From Myxococcota bacterium (GTDB taxonomy: Bacteria > Myxococcota_A > UBA9160 > SZUA-336), in contig CBDFGR010000002.1 in NCBI GenBank assembly GCA_965247115.1, positions 1,632,001 through 1,696,000 of the forward strand: a stretch of DNA of 64,000 nt, read 5' to 3'. The notes under the pieces were generated by a model. That model saw nothing but the letters and a program-made list of their open reading frames with translations, ran no database searches and was not told where the DNA came from. The translations under genes and the position numbers were made by a program. Shown here one piece after another: positions 9,203-19,684 of the stretch (within the stretch, counting starts at the first letter, position 1; the number at the start of each line of letters is the position of its first letter).

Positions 9203-9664
9203 TTGAGGCCGGAGACCCGCGAGCAGATCGAGTCCCTGTTCGACAGCTATCCGCAGAAGCGCGGCGCTCTGCTCCCTGCAATCTATGCGCTGCAGGCCGA
9301 GAAGGGTCACGTCGACGCGGAGGGCGCGCGCGAGCTGGCCGAGCTCTTCGAGCTCCAGCCCGTGCAGGTCTGGGAGGTGCTCACCTTCTACAACATGTTC
9401 TACACGTCGCCACAGGGTCGACATCACGTCTACGTCTGCACGAATCTGCCCTGCAGCCTGCGCGGGGGTCGCAGCCTCTTGAAGGGGCTGGAGTCGCACC
9501 TCGGCGTTCGCGCCGGTCAGACGACGCCGGATGGACGAATCACCCTCGGTCACGAGGAGTGCCTTGGCTCGTGCGGAACGGCGCCTGTGCTGCGCATCGA
9601 CGGACGCTTCGTCGAGAGCGTCGATCTCGGAGCCGCCTGCGAAGTCGTGGACACCCTGGAGTAG
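9203..9664 (+). CDS. nuoE: NADH-quinone oxidoreductase subunit E
   Basis: TFYNMF, CTNLPC...CLGSCGTAP 2Fe-2S (N1a) ligands; TTG start. Confidence 0.93.
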   Translation: MRPETREQIESLFDSYPQKRGALLPAIYALQAEKGHVDAEGARELAELFELQPVQVWEVLTFYNMFYTSPQGRHHVYVCTNLPCSLRGGRSLLKGLESHLGVRAGQTTPDGRITLGHEECLGSCGTAPVLRIDGRFVESVDLGAACEVVDTLE

Positions 9665-9667
9665 CCG

Positions 9668-10960
9668 TTGCTCACCGAGCCCTACGTCAAGCACTACCTC
9701 TCAGAGCACTACGGCGACGCCGCGTATGGGACGCTCGCTGGTTTCGAGAGTCACGACGGCTTCGCCGGACTGCGCAAGGCCGTCGACATGGACCCCGCCG
9801 ACGTGGTCGAGCTCGTCAAGGATGCGGGCTTGCGGGGCCGCGGTGGGGCGGGCTTCTCCACTGGTCTGAAGTGGAGCTTCATGTCCGGCCCCAGCGAGCG
9901 CCCGAAGCTGCTGATCGCGAACGGTGACGAGTCCGAGCCCGGCTCGTTCAAGGACCGCCTCATCATGGAGCGGGGGCCGCTCCAGATCCTGGAAGGTATC
10001 CTGATTGCCGCCTGGGCCACCGGCGCAGAGCAGAGCTTCATCTACGTTCGCGGGGAGTCCGCGCTCGCCATCGAGCGTGTCCGGGCCGCCGTGGATGCGG
10101 CCCGGGAGGCTGACTACCTCGGGAGCAACATTCTCGGCAAGAAGGGCTTCGATCACGAGATCGTCGTCCACGTTGGCGCGGGCGCCTATATCTGTGGCGA
10201 CGAGACCGGGCTGCTCGAATCGCTCGAGGGGAAGAAGGGTCAGCCGCGCAAGAAGCCCCCCTTTCCCGCCCAGTTCGGCGCCTTCGGTCTGCCCTCGACG
10301 GTGAACAACGTGGAGACCTTCGCGCACGTCGGCTTCGTGCTAAACCGGGGAGCCGAGTGGTTCCGGAGCATCGGCACCGACAAGAGCCCTGGTACCACCC
10401 TCTTTGGAGTGTCGGGCCACGTCGAGCGGCCGGGCCTCTACGAGTTCCCGCTGGGGACGCCGCTACGCGAGCTGATCGAGCAGGCTGGTGGGGTGCGCGG
10501 GGGACGCGCGCTAAAGGGTGTCATGCCCGGCGGGATGTCGATGGCCATCCTGCCCCCGGCGGATCTCGACGTTGGCATGGCGGAGGAATTCCTGAGCGAG
10601 CGCAGCACCCATCTCGGTACGGGTGGGGTGATGGTCATGGATGAGACCGCCTGCATGGTGCGGGTCGGCTGCGTCGTCAGCAGCTTCTTCCGGGACGAGT
10701 CCTGCGGCCAGTGCACGCAGTGCCGCGAGGGCACGGGCTGGATCAACAAGATCTGCGAGCGCATCGAGGCTGGGCGCGGCGTTCCCGCGGATCTCGAGCT
10801 GCTCGACAGCGTCCCGGCCATGCTGGAAGGCCAGACGATCTGCGGCTTCTCCGACGCGGCCGCCTGGCCCATCCAGGGTTTGTTGCGCCACTTCCGGGAG
10901 GACTTCGAGGGGCACATCGCCGAGCACAAGTGCCCCTTTGCCGAGAGCTTCGAGCTGTAG
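9668..10960 (+). CDS. nuoF: NADH-quinone oxidoreductase subunit F
   Basis: GLRGRGGAGF, DESEPG, GAGAYICGDET, ESCGQCTQCREG...C (N3). Confidence 0.95.
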   Translation: MLTEPYVKHYLSEHYGDAAYGTLAGFESHDGFAGLRKAVDMDPADVVELVKDAGLRGRGGAGFSTGLKWSFMSGPSERPKLLIANGDESEPGSFKDRLIMERGPLQILEGILIAAWATGAEQSFIYVRGESALAIERVRAAVDAAREADYLGSNILGKKGFDHEIVVHVGAGAYICGDETGLLESLEGKKGQPRKKPPFPAQFGAFGLPSTVNNVETFAHVGFVLNRGAEWFRSIGTDKSPGTTLFGVSGHVERPGLYEFPLGTPLRELIEQAGGVRGGRALKGVMPGGMSMAILPPADLDVGMAEEFLSERSTHLGTGGVMVMDETACMVRVGCVVSSFFRDESCGQCTQCREGTGWINKICERIEAGRGVPADLELLDSVPAMLEGQTICGFSDAAAWPIQGLLRHFREDFEGHIAEHKCPFAESFEL

Positions 10961-10962
10961 CG

Positions 10963-12477
10963 ATGCCCACCATCACGATCGACGAGGCGGAGTACGAGGT
11001 CGCGGAAGGCCGCACGATACTGCAAGCGATCGACGACCTTGGCCTCTTGATGAGCGGCGTCGATATCCCGCACTACTGCTGGCATCCCAAGCTGTCGATC
11101 GACGGCTCGTGCCGCATGTGCCAGGTGGAGATCGAGGGCAACCCCAAGCTCCAGATCGCCTGCAACACCCCTGTGCGGGACGGCATGGTTGTGCGAACGA
11201 AGAGCGAGTGGGTGAAAAAGGCACGCGAGGGGGTGCTCGAGCTCCTGCTGCTGAACCATCCGCTCGACTGTCCCATCTGCGATCAGGCGGGCGAGTGCTC
11301 GCTTCAGGATTACGCGTTCGACTACGGGATCGAAGGAGCCCGCACCATCGAGCCGCGCCGCCCGGCCAAGAAAGCCGTCGACCTCGGTCAAACGATCGTC
11401 TTCGACCAGGAGCGCTGCATCCTGTGTCGACGCTGCGTTCGTTTCTGCCAGGAGATTCCCGGCACCGGCGAGCTCGGCGTGTTCCAGCGCGGCGACGAGT
11501 CGGCCCTCGAGGTCTTTCCCGGTGCGCAGCTCGACAACGCCTACTCGATGAACGTGGCGGACATCTGCCCTGTCGGTGCGCTCACGACCAAGGACTTTCG
11601 TTTCAAGGTCCGCGTCTGGTTCCTGGACGACGTGGAGAGTGTCTGCGCGGGCTGCTCGAACGGGTGCAACATCTGGGCCTCGCGCTCGAACAACAAGGTC
11701 TATCGCTACCTGCCGCGCCGCAACGACTCCGTGAACGACACCTGGATGTGCGACGAAGGTCGACTCTCGTACCTGGCGATTGGCACGGAGCGCCTGAAGG
11801 AGCCCAGTCTGGGGGGGCAGCCGAGCGCGTACGATGCGGCGCTGGCCCGGGCTGGAGAGCTGCTCCGCGAGGCCAGGGAGTCCGGCGCGCGGATCGTCGG
11901 TGTTGCCTCGCCCTTCGCCGCGAACGAGGACCTGTTTGTGCTCCGTCAGCTGCTGGTGGAGCTGGGCGCAGAGCCGGCGGTCTACGCTGTCCCGAGCGGC
12001 GAGGCAGACGAGCTCCTGATCAAGGCGGACAAGGCTCCGAACGCGGCCGGTGCGGCGGCGCTCGGCTTCGAGCGGGGGGAGACGATCGGGAAGGCGGGCC
12101 TCGCGCTCGTGCTCGGCCACGCCGTTTCGGCGGACGCGTTCCGGGACACGGACGAGCTCGTCCTGATCGACACGCATCACTCAGAGCTCGAGTCGCTCGC
12201 CAGCGTGGTACTTCCCGCCAGACACGTGACCGAGAAGGCGGGGACCTTCACCAATCACGCGCGGCGCGTGCAGCGCTTTGCCCCGGTCGTGGAGCCCACC
12301 TGGGAGGCCTGGCCCGAGGGCAGCTTGCTGCAGCAGATCGCGAGCGCCGCCGGACTCGATGGCTGGAGCGAGCGCTACGACGTACGCGCCGTGTCGAGGC
12401 GACTCTCCGAGGAGATCGGCGCGTTTGACGGGATCCATCTGGACTCACTCGACGATCAGGGGCGCGAGCTGGCGTAG
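10963..12477 (+). CDS. nuoG: NADH-quinone oxidoreductase subunit G (short, 504 aa)
   Basis: IPHYCWHP..GSCRMC..C (N1b), HPLDCPICDQAGEC (N5), CILCRRC..CP (N4), CAGCSNGC..MCDEGR (N7). Confidence 0.92.
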   Translation: MPTITIDEAEYEVAEGRTILQAIDDLGLLMSGVDIPHYCWHPKLSIDGSCRMCQVEIEGNPKLQIACNTPVRDGMVVRTKSEWVKKAREGVLELLLLNHPLDCPICDQAGECSLQDYAFDYGIEGARTIEPRRPAKKAVDLGQTIVFDQERCILCRRCVRFCQEIPGTGELGVFQRGDESALEVFPGAQLDNAYSMNVADICPVGALTTKDFRFKVRVWFLDDVESVCAGCSNGCNIWASRSNNKVYRYLPRRNDSVNDTWMCDEGRLSYLAIGTERLKEPSLGGQPSAYDAALARAGELLREARESGARIVGVASPFAANEDLFVLRQLLVELGAEPAVYAVPSGEADELLIKADKAPNAAGAAALGFERGETIGKAGLALVLGHAVSADAFRDTDELVLIDTHHSELESLASVVLPARHVTEKAGTFTNHARRVQRFAPVVEPTWEAWPEGSLLQQIASAAGLDGWSERYDVRAVSRRLSEEIGAFDGIHLDSLDDQGRELA

Positions 12478-13635
12478 ATGGAGACCGCCACCGTCACGGT
12501 CGCGATCTTCCTCTTCGCGGTCATTGCACTCGCCTTCTCTCCCCTCATGACCTGGGTGGAGCGCAAGCAGAGCGCACTCATGCAGGACAGGATCGGGGCC
12601 AACCGCGCCGACATCTTCGGCGTGAAGGCGATCGGGCTGATCCATCCGCTCGCCGACGCGATCAAGATGATCACCAAGGAGGACATGATCCCGACCGGAG
12701 GAGACAGGCTCCTCCACACGATCAGCCCCTTTATCGCCGTCTTCCCCGCGGTCGTGAGCTTCGCGATCATTCCGTACGGGGGGAGCTACAACGCCTGGGG
12801 CGCCTCCTGGCAGCTCGTCGTGGCGGACCTCGACTACGGCGTGCTCTACATCTTCGCCATCGGGTCCATCGCGACCTACGGCTCCATGCTGGCCGGCTGG
12901 GCCGGCAACAACAACTGGGGAATCCTCGGCTCGATCCGCGTCTCCGCGCAGATGATCTCCTACGAGGTCGCGATGGGCGTCTCAGCGATCGGTATCTTCA
13001 TGATCTTCCACACGCTGCGGCTCACCGAGATGGGGCTCGCGCAGCAGGAGACCTTCCGCCTGCTCGGCTTCGTCGAGCACTTTGGCTGGGTCGGGCCGGG
13101 CACGGGCTGGGTCGATCTCGTGAAGCTGCCGATGTGGGGGATCCTCCTGCAGCCCCTCGGCTTCTTCATGTTCCTGACCGCGATCATGGCCGAGAACAAG
13201 CGCGCTCCCTTCGACACGCCAGAGGGTGAGAACGAGATTGTCGCCGGCTACTTCATCGAGTACAGCGGCATGAAGTTCGGCATCTTCATGTTGGGGGAGT
13301 GGATCGAGGTCGTCGTCATCGCCGGCCTCATGACGGCGATGTTCCTGGGTGGCTGGTCCATCCCATATCTGCCGGACACCCAGCTGATCGCCGGCCTGGG
13401 CAGCGTATTCGGGCCCAACATGGGCAACGTACTGGCGATGGTGATCCACGTAGGCGTGTTCTTCAGCAAGGTGATCGTGCTGATCTGGTTTCAGATGCTG
13501 CTGCGCTGGAGTCTGCCCCGCTTCCGCTACGACCAGGTCATGAACCTTGGCTGGAAGATCCTGCTGCCCCTGTCGCTCGCGAACATCGTAGTGACGGCCC
13601 TGGGTATCCTCCTCGTCGACGAGATCATCCACTGA
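12478..13635 (+). CDS. nuoH: NADH-quinone oxidoreductase subunit H
   Basis: ERKQSALMQDRIG, LADAIKMITKED, AQMISYE, PFDTPEGENE, LPRFRYDQ. Confidence 0.95.
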   Translation: METATVTVAIFLFAVIALAFSPLMTWVERKQSALMQDRIGANRADIFGVKAIGLIHPLADAIKMITKEDMIPTGGDRLLHTISPFIAVFPAVVSFAIIPYGGSYNAWGASWQLVVADLDYGVLYIFAIGSIATYGSMLAGWAGNNNWGILGSIRVSAQMISYEVAMGVSAIGIFMIFHTLRLTEMGLAQQETFRLLGFVEHFGWVGPGTGWVDLVKLPMWGILLQPLGFFMFLTAIMAENKRAPFDTPEGENEIVAGYFIEYSGMKFGIFMLGEWIEVVVIAGLMTAMFLGGWSIPYLPDTQLIAGLGSVFGPNMGNVLAMVIHVGVFFSKVIVLIWFQMLLRWSLPRFRYDQVMNLGWKILLPLSLANIVVTALGILLVDEIIH

Positions 13636-14132
13636 TGGCCGACGCACTCTTCTGGATATTCTCTGCCGCCGCCGTCGCATCGGGGATTAGTGTGGTGGCC
13701 AACGTGCGGAACACTATTTACGCGGCCGTCAGCCTGGTCGTCGCCATGCTGGCGATCGCGGGCCTGTACTTCCTGCTCCTCGCTCAGTTCGTCGCGCTGA
13801 TCCAGATCATGGTGTACGCCGGCGCGATTGTTGTGCTGTTCCTCTTCGTCATCATGCTGCTGAACCTGCGCGGCGGCAACATGGGTGCGGAGTCGCAGCC
13901 GCTACTCAAGCTGATCGGTGCGGGGATGATCGGCCTCGCGACCCTTTATCTAGCGCGTCTACTGTCGAATCTTCACGCCCCGTGGTCCGAGGTGGGGGCC
14001 GAGTTTGGGACGACGCGTGCGGTGGCCCTGGCGCTCTACACCGACTACGTGCTCGCCTTCGAGATCGCAGGGGTGCTGCTCTACGCGGGGATCGTGGCGG
14101 CCGTAGTCATTGGCAAGCGGAGTCTCGACTGA
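13635..14132 (+). CDS. nuoJ: NADH-quinone oxidoreductase subunit J
   Basis: [30 protein letters not shown] overlaps the nuoH stop (TGATG). Confidence 0.95.
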   Translation: MADALFWIFSAAAVASGISVVANVRNTIYAAVSLVVAMLAIAGLYFLLLAQFVALIQIMVYAGAIVVLFLFVIMLLNLRGGNMGAESQPLLKLIGAGMIGLATLYLARLLSNLHAPWSEVGAEFGTTRAVALALYTDYVLAFEIAGVLLYAGIVAAVVIGKRSLD

Positions 14133-14440
14133 TGGGCGAGATCGCGGCCTGGCAGTTCCAGACGGTCGCAGCCGCGCTGTTCATGATTGGCGCCCTCGGC
14201 GTGCTGGTGCGCCGCAACATCATCGTCATGTTCATGTGCATCGAGCTCATGCTCAACGCCGCGAACCTGTCCCTGGTGGCATTCAGTCGTGAGCTCAACG
14301 ACCACGCCGGGCAAATCTTCGTCTTCATGGTGATGGTCGTAGCCGCCGTGGAGGTGGCGGTCGGCCTGGCGATCATCATCAGCCTTGTGCGGAACCGGGA
14401 CACCGTGAACATCGAAGAAACCAGCCTGATGAAGTGGTAG
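14132..14440 (+). CDS. nuoK: NADH-quinone oxidoreductase subunit K
   Basis: [30 protein letters not shown]. Confidence 0.95.
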   Translation: MGEIAAWQFQTVAAALFMIGALGVLVRRNIIVMFMCIELMLNAANLSLVAFSRELNDHAGQIFVFMVMVVAAVEVAVGLAIIISLVRNRDTVNIEETSLMKW

Positions 14441-14445
14441 GGGTC

Positions 14446-16494
14446 ATGGGCGAGGACACGAGCGAGCTGTTGCGCTGGATTCCGCTGCTCCCGCTGCTCG
14501 CTGCGGTGCTGAGCGGGGTGTGGCTCGTCTTCGCCCCCCGCGACCTGCCGCGGAGGGTCGTCAGCGTACTGGCATGCGGTGCTCCGATCGCCTCGTTTCT
14601 GATCTCGTTCCGGGTCGTCTGGGAGCTGGCAACGAACGTGGATGGGCCGGATCGCTACCTGCTCGATCACGTCTACACGTGGGTCTCGGTACACCCCTTC
14701 CATGCGGAGCTCTCGTTTCTGCTGGATCCGCTGTCCGCGATCATGGTCCTGATCGTGACCGGTGTGGGATCGCTGATCCACGTCTACTCCATCGGCTACA
14801 TGGACGACGACGAGCGCGAGGATCGCGGCTACCAGCGCTTCTTCGTCTACTTGAACCTGTTCACCTTCGCGATGCTGATGCTGGTGCTCGGCGACAACCT
14901 GCTCGTGATGTTCGTGGGCTGGGAGGGCGTGGGCCTCTGCTCCTACCTGCTGATCGGGTTCTGGTATCTCGACGACCACAACGCCGCCTGCGGCCAGAAG
15001 GCATTCGTCGTCAATCGCATCGGCGACTTCGGCTTCCTGCTCGGGATCTTCCTGCTGTTCTGGACCTTCTTCGAGGCGGGCGTGCCGAGCATCGAATTTC
15101 GCGAGATGACCGCGAACGTGGCGGCCATCAGCGAGCGCTCCGTAGAAGTTCCGCAGTGGCTGGGGATGCTGGGGCTCGCGGTGCCGAGCTGGAAGCTCGT
15201 CACGCTGGCGGGAATCTGTCTCTTCGTCGGAGCCTGCGGAAAGTCGGCTCAGCTTCCACTCTACGTCTGGCTGCCCGACGCGATGGCGGGACCGACTCCC
15301 GTCTCCGCCCTCATCCACGCCGCCACCATGGTGACCGCCGGCGTCTACATGGTCTGCCGCATGTCTTTCCTCTATGCGGTCGCGCCAGGGGCGAGCGCCA
15401 CGGTCGCCTGGGTCGGAGGCTTGACGGCGCTCTTCGCGGCGACCATCGCTCTGGGCCAGAAGGACATCAAGAAGGTCTTGGCCTACTCCACCGTGAGCCA
15501 GCTCGGGTACATGTTCCTCGCGGCTGGCGTCATGTCGTACAGCGCGGCGATCTTTCATCTCGCGACGCACGCGTTCTTCAAGGCCTTGCTCTTCCTCGGT
15601 GCGGGCGCCGTGATCCTCGGAATGCACCACGAGCAGAGCACCGATCTGATGGGTGGGCTGCGCCGCCGCATGCCATGGACCCACGGCACCTTCCTGGTCG
15701 GCGTCCTGGCTATCGCCGGAACTCCCGGGTTCTCCGGCTACTTCTCCAAGGACGAGATTCTGCTCGGGGTCTACCTCGCGCACGACATCCCGGGCCACCT
15801 GACGCTCTGGGGGATCGGCGTGCTGACGGCGGGGTTGACCGCCCTCTACATGTTCCGGCTCTACTTCCTGACCTTCACCGGTCAGAACCGAGCCTCGCCC
15901 GAGGCCCGCAGCCACATCCGCGAGCAGCGAAACTGGATCCTGGTGCCGCTCGTGGTGCTGGCCGTTCTCTCGCTCTGCGGGGGCTGGCTGTCACTCCCGG
16001 ACATCTACGGGGAGTGGTTCGGAGTTCCCGAGTCGAACAGCCTCCATTACTTCCTGCAGCCGGTTGCCCCCTCCCCCGACCATGGCGACGTGAGCCACGC
16101 GCTCGAGTACTCCCTCGCGCTCGTGGCCGTGCTGAGTGCAGGAATTGGAGCCGCCCTTGCGGCGTACTTCTACTTCTACAGGTGCGATGTTCTCCCGCGC
16201 CTGGTCGAGCGCGTCGGGCCCGCGTACCGGCTGCTCGCGAACAAGTACTGGATCGACGAGCTCTACGACGCGGTCATCGTCAGACCCCTGGTCCGCTTCT
16301 CGGACACCTTCCTGTACCGCGTCGTGGACGCCCGGATCGTGGACCAGCTCGGTGTGAACGGCGTCGCCCACGTCGTACGGGGAACCGCCGATCGCGGCCT
16401 GAAGTTCCTGCAGACGGGAATGACCCAGACCTACGTGTTCGGCATGCTTGTCGGCTGCATCATTCTCGTCGCGTTTCTGCTGAGGGACCTCTGA
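14446..16494 (+). CDS. nuoL: NADH-quinone oxidoreductase subunit L
   Basis: GWEGVGLCSYLLIGFW, GKSAQLPLYVWLPDAMAGPTPVSALIHAATMV, YFSKDEI. Confidence 0.95.
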   Translation: MGEDTSELLRWIPLLPLLAAVLSGVWLVFAPRDLPRRVVSVLACGAPIASFLISFRVVWELATNVDGPDRYLLDHVYTWVSVHPFHAELSFLLDPLSAIMVLIVTGVGSLIHVYSIGYMDDDEREDRGYQRFFVYLNLFTFAMLMLVLGDNLLVMFVGWEGVGLCSYLLIGFWYLDDHNAACGQKAFVVNRIGDFGFLLGIFLLFWTFFEAGVPSIEFREMTANVAAISERSVEVPQWLGMLGLAVPSWKLVTLAGICLFVGACGKSAQLPLYVWLPDAMAGPTPVSALIHAATMVTAGVYMVCRMSFLYAVAPGASATVAWVGGLTALFAATIALGQKDIKKVLAYSTVSQLGYMFLAAGVMSYSAAIFHLATHAFFKALLFLGAGAVILGMHHEQSTDLMGGLRRRMPWTHGTFLVGVLAIAGTPGFSGYFSKDEILLGVYLAHDIPGHLTLWGIGVLTAGLTALYMFRLYFLTFTGQNRASPEARSHIREQRNWILVPLVVLAVLSLCGGWLSLPDIYGEWFGVPESNSLHYFLQPVAPSPDHGDVSHALEYSLALVAVLSAGIGAALAAYFYFYRCDVLPRLVERVGPAYRLLANKYWIDELYDAVIVRPLVRFSDTFLYRVVDARIVDQLGVNGVAHVVRGTADRGLKFLQTGMTQTYVFGMLVGCIILVAFLLRDL

Positions 16495-16495
16495 A

Positions 16496-18142
16496 GTGCC
16501 CTCCGCGCTGAGCCAGCTGATCGAGACCAACCTGCTCTCTACGCTGGTCTTCTTGCCGCTGGTGAGCGTCGCGGCGCTGCTCCTGCTTCAGCCGTGGGTG
16601 CGGCTCTCGGACCTCACCTGGAAGGTCGTTGCGTTCGTCACCTCTATCGTCGGCTTCGGCCTTTCGCTCGAGCTGTGGAGCCGTTTCGACGCCAGCCTGG
16701 GGAAGATCCAGCTCGTCGAGCACGTCGACTGGATCCCGGACTACGGGATCACGTACTACATGGGCGTCGACGGGATCAGTCTGTTCCTGGTCGTACTCAC
16801 GTGCTTCCTCTCGCCCGTCATCCTGCTCGCATCCTGGAACGAGATCACGAAGCGGGTGAAGGAGTACGTCTTCTTCATGCTCGCCCTGCAGACGGGGATG
16901 CTGGGCGCGTTCCTCGCGCTCAACATGTTCCTGTTTTACGTATTCTGGGAAGTGATGCTGATCCCGATGTACTTCGTGATCGGGATCTGGGGCGGCCCCC
17001 GCAGGCTCTATGCCACGATCAAGTTCTTCATCTACACCATGGTGGGCAGCCTGCTCATGCTCGTGGGCATCCTGGTGCTCGCGTATCTGCACTTCCAGCA
17101 GTTCGGCGTCTTGACGTTCGACTACTTCGGCGTCGAGGGTGCCACCGGAATCCTGGATACCATGATCCTCACCGATGGGGGCCCGTGGTGGCAGACGCAG
17201 CACTGGCTCTTTGCAGCCTTCGCACTGGCCTTCGCCATCAAGGTGCCGATGTTCCCGTTCCACACCTGGCTGCCCGATGCCCACGTCGAGGCGCCTACGC
17301 CGGGATCCGCCGTGCTCGCCGGCGTACTGCTCAAGCTCGGCAGCTACGGCTTCGTGCGCTACGCCCTGCCCCTTTTTCCGCAGGCCGTCCTGGATCTGTC
17401 CTTCTGGGTGATCGTGGGCTGCTGCATCGGCATCGTCTACGGCGCTCTCGTTGCCATGGTACAGACGGACGTGAAGAAGCTTGTCGCCTACTCGTCCGTG
17501 AGCCACATGGGCTTCGTGGTGCTCGGGACCTTTGCCTTGAATCCTCAGGGGCTGCAGGGGTCGATCCTGCAGATGATCAACCACGGCGTGTCGACGGGAG
17601 CCCTCTTCATCCTGGTCGGTATGCTCTACGAGCGGCGGCACGAGCGGGAGATCAGCGCCTTCGGCGGCCTCGCCCACGTGATGCCGGTCTACGCGAGCTT
17701 CTTCCTGCTCGCAACGCTGAGCTCGATCGGGTTGCCCGCGCTCAACGGGTTCGTCGGCGAGTTCCTGATCCTGCTGGGCGCATTCGCCACATCGCCATGG
17801 GCGGCCTTCGTCGCAACCACGGGGGTGATCCTGGCCGCCGTGTACATGCTGTGGATGGTACGCAGGGTCTTCTTCGGTCCCGTGGTTCACGAGATCAACC
17901 AGAGGCTGTCGGATCTGAGTCCCCGCGAGAAGCTCGTTGCTGTCGTTCTGGCGCTTCCGATGATCTGGATCGGTGTATACCCGGCTAGCTTCCTCGTACC
18001 GATGAACGCATCCGTTGAGCAGCTGCTGCGAACCATGGAGGAGCGAGGTGCGGACATCGCCGCGTACAACGGAGGCCACTCCTCGCTTGTGCGGATTGCT
18101 GCTCCCGAGGCTGCCGAGAGCATAGGATCGGGAGACGAGTGA
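16496..18142 (+). CDS. nuoM: NADH-quinone oxidoreductase subunit M
   Basis: FWEVMLIPMY, IKVPMFPFHTWLPDAHVEAP, LLKLG, AYSSVSHMG, GFVGEF. Confidence 0.95.
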   Translation: MPSALSQLIETNLLSTLVFLPLVSVAALLLLQPWVRLSDLTWKVVAFVTSIVGFGLSLELWSRFDASLGKIQLVEHVDWIPDYGITYYMGVDGISLFLVVLTCFLSPVILLASWNEITKRVKEYVFFMLALQTGMLGAFLALNMFLFYVFWEVMLIPMYFVIGIWGGPRRLYATIKFFIYTMVGSLLMLVGILVLAYLHFQQFGVLTFDYFGVEGATGILDTMILTDGGPWWQTQHWLFAAFALAFAIKVPMFPFHTWLPDAHVEAPTPGSAVLAGVLLKLGSYGFVRYALPLFPQAVLDLSFWVIVGCCIGIVYGALVAMVQTDVKKLVAYSSVSHMGFVVLGTFALNPQGLQGSILQMINHGVSTGALFILVGMLYERRHEREISAFGGLAHVMPVYASFFLLATLSSIGLPALNGFVGEFLILLGAFATSPWAAFVATTGVILAAVYMLWMVRRVFFGPVVHEINQRLSDLSPREKLVAVVLALPMIWIGVYPASFLVPMNASVEQLLRTMEERGADIAAYNGGHSSLVRIAAPEAAESIGSGDE

Positions 18143-19680
18143 TGTCGCCGGCCATCGAGCTCTCCGCCATCGTACCCATGATCGTGGTCGCCGCGGGCGT
18201 CTTGTTCCTACCTCTCGCTGAGGTGCTCCTGGCCCGTCGGAAGACGATTCTCGGCACTACACTCACGCGCGAGCTCCGCGGCAAGTACCTGGCCTCTGGA
18301 AGCGCGATCATTCTCGTGTACGCGCTCGTGCTGACGCTGAACACTGACGGTGCGTTGGCGTTGCCCTTCAACGCATCCTATCCGCTGATGGTGATGGACC
18401 GGGTGACACAGTTCCTGATCGCGGTGGTGCTGGTCGGAGCGACATTGACTGTGCTGGTGTCCAGCAAGTTCCTCGTGGATCTGGGGACGAGCTACGGTGA
18501 GTACTACGCGCTCGTGCTCTCGTCGGTAGTCGGCATGATGTTCCTGGTGGCCGCGACCGACCTCATGATGCTTTTCCTCTCCCTCGAGCTCATGAGCATT
18601 CCCGTGTACGCGCTGGCGGGGATCCGACGCTCGTCGCTTCGTTCGAACGAGTCGGCACTCAAGTACTTCCTGATCGGCTCGTTCGCATCGGCCATCCTGC
18701 TCTACGGCTCGGCACTCCTGTACGGCGCCACGGGCTCGCTCTCGATCTACGCGATCGGAGACGGCTTCGACCCGGAGAATCCCATGGCCATGCTAGGTGC
18801 GGGTCTGGTCCTGGCGGCCCTGGGCTTTAAGATCGCGTCCGTGCCGTTCCACCAGTGGGCGCCGGACGCCTACGAGGGTGCTCCCACGACCGTCAGCGCC
18901 TTCATGGCCACCGCGGTCAAGGTTGCGGCGTTCGGGGCGCTGCTGCGGATCGTCGGCATCGCCCTCCAACCGGCGGCAGACTCGATCTACACCATCATCT
19001 GGGTCCTCGCAGCGCTCTCGATGACCGTCGGGAACGTGATGGCGATCATCCAGCGCAACGCGAAGCGCATGCTTGCGTACTCGAGCGTCGCGCACGCGGG
19101 CTACCTCCTGGTCGGCGTCCTCGTCGGTGGAACGATGGGCCACTCGGCCGTGCTCTTCTATCTGCTCGTATACACGTTCATGACGATCGGTGCGTTCACC
19201 GTGGTCGCGATCCTGGCAAAGGACGGCGAGGAGTACGACCGCATCGACGACCTCGCGGGGCTCATCACCACCCGGCCCTTCCCGGCCGTGGTCATGGCGA
19301 TCTGCATGTTCTCGCTGGCTGGCATCCCGTTCACGGCCGGCTTCATGGGGAAGTTCCAGCTGTTCCTGGCCGCGATCGAACGCGGCACCCTCACCGCCGA
19401 CACCTCGCTGTACGCCATTGCGATCATCGGCGTGCTGAATAGCGGGATCTCCCTCGCCTACTACCTCCGGGTGCCGATGGTCATGTTCATGCAGCAGCCG
19501 CAGCGAGAGGCGCCCGCGCGGGGGCAGCTGACATTCTTCGAGTACGTTGTCCTCGGTTTGTGTGGAGCAGCGACCTTGCTGCTGGGGGTAGTTCCTCACG
19601 ATGTGTTCGTCATCGTTGGAGCTGCAGACGTGGACGTCCTGGCTCTGGCCAAGCAAGCAGCGGCGTCTCTAGCTAGGTAG
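18139..19680 (+). CDS. nuoN: NADH-quinone oxidoreductase subunit N
   Basis: SLELMS, ESALKYF, FKIASVPFHQWAPDAYEGAP, KRMLAYSSVAHAGY. Confidence 0.95.
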   Translation: MMSPAIELSAIVPMIVVAAGVLFLPLAEVLLARRKTILGTTLTRELRGKYLASGSAIILVYALVLTLNTDGALALPFNASYPLMVMDRVTQFLIAVVLVGATLTVLVSSKFLVDLGTSYGEYYALVLSSVVGMMFLVAATDLMMLFLSLELMSIPVYALAGIRRSSLRSNESALKYFLIGSFASAILLYGSALLYGATGSLSIYAIGDGFDPENPMAMLGAGLVLAALGFKIASVPFHQWAPDAYEGAPTTVSAFMATAVKVAAFGALLRIVGIALQPAADSIYTIIWVLAALSMTVGNVMAIIQRNAKRMLAYSSVAHAGYLLVGVLVGGTMGHSAVLFYLLVYTFMTIGAFTVVAILAKDGEEYDRIDDLAGLITTRPFPAVVMAICMFSLAGIPFTAGFMGKFQLFLAAIERGTLTADTSLYAIAIIGVLNSGISLAYYLRVPMVMFMQQPQREAPARGQLTFFEYVVLGLCGAATLLLGVVPHDVFVIVGAADVDVLALAKQAAASLAR

Positions 19681-19684
19681 CGCC

